Source: an uncultured virus (IMG/VR IMGVR_UViG_3300029305_006210)
Taxonomy: Duplodnaviria; Heunggongvirae; Uroviricota; Caudoviricetes
DNA length: 64,000 nucleotides
Virus record (IMG/VR): IMGVR_UViG_3300029305_006210
Location: 1-64,000 of that record
Strand: one strand, 5' to 3'
The translations under genes were made by a program, and so were the position numbers. Under the pieces are notes generated by a model, which was not told the origin of the DNA, ran no database searches, and saw nothing but the letters and a program-made list of their open reading frames with translations. Below are positions 60,039-64,000 of this stretch, in pieces. Position 1 is the stretch's first letter. Every line of letters starts with the position of its first letter.

Positions 60039-60401
60039 TTACTCCTTTAAAAAATATAGTAAATCATCTTTTGAAATTGTATTTATAGGTAAAATATCCT
60101 TAGCATTAAAAATATGAGTTTTTCTCAGATTATTTACATGACATATATCACTAAAATATGATTGGCCGTGACATTTTTTTGATCTAAAAAATACAAAAGA
60201 CTTTTTTAATAAATTGCTCTGTTTTATACATAACACTATTTCATCGTCATGTGGTATTTCACAATTAAGTATGATTTCATGAAAAGTTGAAACTAATAGT
60301 TCATTTGATTTCCAACGTAACTTCGGGTAAACCCTTTCTAGATGACTAAGACATTGAAGAGCTTCATTAATTCCAAAGCATTTATATATTTCTTTTATCA
60401 T
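60039..60401 (-). CDS. tagged small protein, W..G family
   Basis: LERVYPKLRW; ends TISKDDLLYFLKE. Confidence 0.7.
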   Translation of the reverse strand: MIKEIYKCFGINEALQCLSHLERVYPKLRWKSNELLVSTFHEIILNCEIPHDDEIVLCIKQSNLLKKSFVFFRSKKCHGQSYFSDICHVNNLRKTHIFNAKDILPINTISKDDLLYFLKE

Positions 60402-60413
60402 AATAATGCCTTT

Positions 60414-60716
60414 CTATATTAAAAAATCCATCAAATCGGAATTTGACGGAAATTTCATTGTGGAGTTTATTATTTTTTGTATTGTAATTTCTGATTTAGG
60501 TGCTATTTTAGATGTTACTAAGTTAAATCGATCACACCAACACAGCTCATTATTATATACCATTAAATACATTGGAAATTTTAATACTTTTGGTCGATGT
60601 TTTGTAGGTTTTCCTAATCCTAATACCCAATGCAACTCTGGATATTTATATTCAAGATAGTTTAATGCCATATTAACTTCAGAATAACTATCACATTTTA
60701 TAAAATAATTTTTCAT
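60414..60716 (-). CDS. tagged small protein, W..G family
   Basis: LEYKYPELHWVLG; ends FPSNSDLMDFLI. Confidence 0.7.
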   Translation of the reverse strand: MKNYFIKCDSYSEVNMALNYLEYKYPELHWVLGLGKPTKHRPKVLKFPMYLMVYNNELCWCDRFNLVTSKIAPKSEITIQKIINSTMKFPSNSDLMDFLI

Positions 60717-61106
60717 TTAATCCTCCAAAAATTCAAGCAAATCCAACTTTGATGGATATTCTATAGGTTGATACTTATAAAATGGATAACGCGTTTCCTT
60801 ATAATCAATAGAAGATTTTGTATAAAAATTTATATAATATCGCGGAAATTTATATGTGAATTTAATAAATTTTCTTATTTGAAAAACATTTCTCCTATCA
60901 TTCCATTCCCAATCCTCACTGGTTAACCAATCGCTAGGTATTCCTTTACGTATTGATAATGCCTTCGCCCCTTTAATTCTCGGCATCCATTTGATTCTTG
61001 TTTGATGCTCTATATCTTTTAAAAGACTTGCAAATTCATTATAATTTTTAACCTCAATGACAAAGGGTGCTGGAAATTCCAGTTTAATTATTTTTTTAAT
61101 ATTCAT
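60717..61106 (-). CDS. tagged small protein, W..G family
   Basis: IEHQTRIKW; ends YPSKLDLLEFLED. Confidence 0.7.
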   Translation of the reverse strand: MNIKKIIKLEFPAPFVIEVKNYNEFASLLKDIEHQTRIKWMPRIKGAKALSIRKGIPSDWLTSEDWEWNDRRNVFQIRKFIKFTYKFPRYYINFYTKSSIDYKETRYPFYKYQPIEYPSKLDLLEFLED

Positions 61107-61438
61107 TATATATCACCTATAAATTTCAATAATTCTTCTTGCGAAGGAAATATACAATTTTCATCTTTACATTGATAAAATACAACATCTGACCATGGAA
61201 TTTCATCATAATATTTGGAACATCCCATACTACCAAAGCTAATACTAATGTATCCAGGGATAAATGCAGGAGTGTATCCAGTTGGTCTTTCTCCGGCATG
61301 CCATCTTATTTCAGTTTCTCTTTCTATAAAAGAAAGCACCTTATTTGCCTCTTGTAATGTTTGATAAAGGACTCGAATATCTTCGCGCTCATTTTTTATA
61401 TATGCGACTAAATCATCAAAACTAATTGTTTCTATCAT
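61106..61438 (-). CDS. tagged small protein, W..G family
   Basis: IERETEIRWHAG; ends FPSQEELLKFIGDI. Confidence 0.7.
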   Translation of the reverse strand: MIETISFDDLVAYIKNEREDIRVLYQTLQEANKVLSFIERETEIRWHAGERPTGYTPAFIPGYISISFGSMGCSKYYDEIPWSDVVFYQCKDENCIFPSQEELLKFIGDI

Positions 61439-61454
61439 TTTATGCTCCTTAATT

Positions 61455-61772
61455 TTAATTTAAAATATCCATCAACATAGACTCTGATGGATATTTATAT
61501 AAAAGGTCTGATGCATTAATAACTTTGAAATCCAAGTATCGTGTAGGAATATTGCCATTTATAAATAAATTATATTTTTCACTACTTTCATCTTTGGTAA
61601 GACTATTTCCTCTAAGATATAATATACCTTGTCCTTTAAATATAGCGCTAGGTTTATAATCTAATGAATCGCCAGTACACCATTTTATAAGTGGATAGTT
61701 ATTAGCCAGCCACTTTAAACATGGCTCACATTCTCCATTATCACACATAATAATAGTTTTATTTTCTATCAT
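61455..61772 (-). CDS. tagged small protein, W..G family
   Basis: LANNYPLIKWCTG; ends YPSESMLMDILN. Confidence 0.7.
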   Translation of the reverse strand: MIENKTIIMCDNGECEPCLKWLANNYPLIKWCTGDSLDYKPSAIFKGQGILYLRGNSLTKDESSEKYNLFINGNIPTRYLDFKVINASDLLYKYPSESMLMDILN

Positions 61773-61774
61773 AA

Positions 61775-62083
61775 TTAAGCCTCCAAAAATTTTGTTAACG
61801 ACGCTTCATCTGGTAGTGGTAATATAACTTCATTAAATACAGATTCAATTTCATCAAAACCTATATATACATCTATTATCATTGATAAATCACTCCTTTT
61901 TCGCACCCAACTTAATTGATTATTGTTAATGATAAATATTGCATCCCCTTGTATAACTAACGCTTCTGTTGGACGTCGTCCAGATGTCTTCCATCTAACC
62001 ATTGGTAAATTAGCTTCAATAACTTCTAAACACGCTCTTGATTGATTACTATTTTTGCAGCAAATTGCAATATTTTTATTCAT
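61775..62083 (-). CDS. tagged small protein, W..G family
   Basis: IEANLPMVRWKTSG; ends LPDEASLTKFLEA. Confidence 0.7.
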   Translation of the reverse strand: MNKNIAICCKNSNQSRACLEVIEANLPMVRWKTSGRRPTEALVIQGDAIFIINNNQLSWVRKRSDLSMIIDVYIGFDEIESVFNEVILPLPDEASLTKFLEA

Positions 62084-62088
62084 ATTTT

Positions 62089-62427
62089 TTACCTATTCAA
62101 AAATTCCACCAAACTACTTTCTGATGGCAAAATATTATAAGAAATATTATATTGTCTTTCTAAATCGCCAAATTCAATAATCTTGCAATCAGAATACATA
62201 TCAGCACAATAAACTTTATCATCAAATAATTTTCCATAAGTTAGGCGAAAATCTTTTATATAAAAGGCTACTCCTTTTTTAAAAATTTTAGATAAATAAC
62301 TTGAAACAGGATTTATCGGACTATTCCCTGATCGCCATCTTACAGTAGTTTCATTTTCAAGAAACTGTAGAAAAACATCTGATTCTTCTTGATTTCTACA
62401 TACGACTATCATATTGTTTATTATCAT
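62089..62427 (-). CDS. tagged small protein, W..G family
   Basis: LENETTVRWRSG; ends LPSESSLVEFLNR. Confidence 0.7.
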   Translation of the reverse strand: MIINNMIVVCRNQEESDVFLQFLENETTVRWRSGNSPINPVSSYLSKIFKKGVAFYIKDFRLTYGKLFDDKVYCADMYSDCKIIEFGDLERQYNISYNILPSESSLVEFLNR

Positions 62428-62459
62428 AAAATTTACCTATTTTACACCATATAACTATA

Positions 62460-62777
62460 TTAACTTTCTAAAAATTCCAATAGACTATTTTGTGAAATGA
62501 ATTTAAAATTCATTATTTTACAAAATTCATCGAAACTCAAATTAGTTTCAGGGTTAAGAAATTTTGCTACTTCATCTAAATAATCCCATGATAATCTATC
62601 ATCTTCTATAAAAAAGACAACCTGATGTGTTATGGGAAATGCTATTTTAAGAGTTGGTATCTTATGCCCTGTTTGCCATTTTACATCTGTAAATTCGTAA
62701 AGCAATTGTAAAAAAGTTTCAACTTCCACCTTTTCCATACATGTTACTGTTATATTATTTAATTTCATAACTTTCAC
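62460..62777 (-). CDS. tagged small protein, W..G family
   Basis: LYEFTDVKWQTG; ends FISQNSLLEFLES. Confidence 0.7.
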   Translation of the reverse strand: MKVMKLNNITVTCMEKVEVETFLQLLYEFTDVKWQTGHKIPTLKIAFPITHQVVFFIEDDRLSWDYLDEVAKFLNPETNLSFDEFCKIMNFKFISQNSLLEFLES

Positions 62778-63035
62778 CTATTTTAAGAAGTCCATCAAAT
62801 TTTCCTTTGATGGAAAAGTAGTATTTCCGAGGTCTAACATCTCAAAAGTATAATACCATGAATAAGTGTTTGTCTTTAGATATACCGACCTCTTTAAAAT
62901 TTCAAGCACTTCAAAACCTTGAAATTTCAACGGTTTCATTCCTTCCCAATAAGGCAAACCGTTATATTCTTGACCAATTACCAAATCTTGTCTCAAATAG
63001 ACGATATCTCCCACTTTTATGCCTGGATTTACCAT
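62778..63035 (-). CDS. tagged small protein, SH3/KOW-like family
   Basis: IKVGDIVYLRQDL; ends FPSKENLMDFLK. Confidence 0.7.
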   Translation of the reverse strand: MVNPGIKVGDIVYLRQDLVIGQEYNGLPYWEGMKPLKFQGFEVLEILKRSVYLKTNTYSWYYTFEMLDLGNTTFPSKENLMDFLK

Positions 63036-63036
63036 T

Positions 63037-63318
63037 TTAGTCCTCCAAGAATTCCATCAAAGACGCATTTGATGGAAAAGTATAATTATATGCAAATACA
63101 TCTTGATATTCAAAAGCTATTCTACGTTCGCTTATAGCTGTTACATACACACCATCATCATATACATAGTATGTATTTACATACTCCTCATATAATTCTG
63201 TTGGAGCTTGTATAAATAATCCTTGTTCTTTTACTAGACGTAAAAATGTTCTAACATCTTCAACTGTTCTAATATACACAGAAGATTTTCCGTCTACCCA
63301 AGATTCCCAATCAAACAT
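63037..63318 (-). CDS. tagged small protein
   Basis: Ends FPSNASLMEFLED. Confidence 0.7.
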   Translation of the reverse strand: MFDWESWVDGKSSVYIRTVEDVRTFLRLVKEQGLFIQAPTELYEEYVNTYYVYDDGVYVTAISERRIAFEYQDVFAYNYTFPSNASLMEFLED

Positions 63319-63320
63319 AA

Positions 63321-63623
63321 TTATTCTCCTAAAAATTGCTTCAAGCTGGACTCAGAAATTTTTGTAATAATAAGCAGATCTGCTGCTTTAATAGACTCCC
63401 AACCATACTGTACATGGAAGTCATCGGGGCCCATTAGTATACGTTTTCTATCCTCCCAGTTATATACAACAGCATATGGCTGTTTATTTATAACATCTTC
63501 CCAAAAGCTTGATTTTTGACCTATTCCTCTTTTTGCGCAACAATCTGCAAAATCTAATATTTCTTGTTCATTATCAAAATTTACACTTAATTTTTCATTT
63601 ATAAATCTGTCAATATCGTACAT
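63321..63623 (-). CDS. tagged small protein
   Basis: Ends KISESSLKQFLGE. Confidence 0.7.
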   Translation of the reverse strand: MYDIDRFINEKLSVNFDNEQEILDFADCCAKRGIGQKSSFWEDVINKQPYAVVYNWEDRKRILMGPDDFHVQYGWESIKAADLLIITKISESSLKQFLGE

Positions 63624-63643
63624 GATTTTTGAACTCCTATTTT

Positions 63644-63846
63644 TTCTAATCTAAATTATCATGAAGGCGACGTATCCGGATGGCATATATTACATTTTTG
63701 CAAGCGAAGTATTGATTACGTCTTGCGAGTTTAGCTATTTGTGGTTGTATAAGGTGTTGGAATTCCAACCTGATACTCATTTGCCCGAAAGTATCATCAC
63801 GAGCTGCGAGACCAGATCTTGATGATCCTCCATGTCACTCCTTGAC
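63644..63846. other. GC-rich palindrome-dense non-coding element 2
   Basis: Related to element 1; contains GTTGGAATTCCAAC, ATCCGGAT, TGATACT...AGTATCA and AGATCT. Confidence 0.55.
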
Positions 63847-63858
63847 AATATGAAAATT

Positions 63859-63999
63859 TTATTCTTTTAAAAAATCCATCAGATTTTGCTCTGACGGATA
63901 TTTCTCTTTTATTATTAAATCAGAAAATGGAATTATATCCCATCCATGTTTTAATAAAAAATTATTTTTCGCACATGTATCTATATAGTTATGTCCTGA
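63859..63999 (-). CDS. tagged small protein (partial, runs off the window)
   Basis: Own translation ...GWDIIPFSDLIIKEKYPSEQNLMDFLKE*. Confidence 0.7.
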   Translation of the reverse strand, partial: SGHNYIDTCAKNNFLLKHGWDIIPFSDLIIKEKYPSEQNLMDFLKE

Positions 64000-64000
64000 C

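Noticed and set aside
18711..63137. Plus-strand ORFs across the minus-strand arm
   Set aside because: Antisense shadows of coherent minus-strand genes; no recognisable domains
63777..63833. 18-aa minus-strand ORF MEDHQDLVSQLVMILSGK after AAGGAG
   Set aside because: RBS spacing is only 4 nt and the related element 1 has no equivalent ORF
57828..63846. CRISPR array or tRNA in the GC-rich intergenic elements
   Set aside because: No regularly spaced direct repeats, and I could not find a cloverleaf or T-arm consensus

Overview
AT-rich segment of a large temperate tailed phage of a Firmicute host (SPbeta-like organisation). No host genes are visible, so it is probably the excised form with an intact attP. 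The plus strand (1-17.5 kb) carries the end of a peptidoglycan-binding protein, a tape measure and tail/baseplate genes. The minus strand (17.8-64 kb) carries a tyrosine integrase with an unannotated excisionase, nucleotide metabolism genes (dUTPase, class II RNR, ThyX-like, Gmk-like), a circularly permuted C5 DNA methyltransferase, a DnaE replisome, a LexA-box/MazF/MrpR-like control region, an HslV-like Ntn protease and a four-gene NAD salvage cluster. The most striking feature is at 57.2-64 kb: 20 consecutive small genes plus 2 outliers, from at least three unrelated domain families, all ending in the same C-terminal tag [FYI]-[PI]-S-x-x-x-L-x-x-F-L. Two related GC-rich, palindrome-dense non-coding elements interrupt this array. 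All product calls come from reading motifs by eye; no searches were run.
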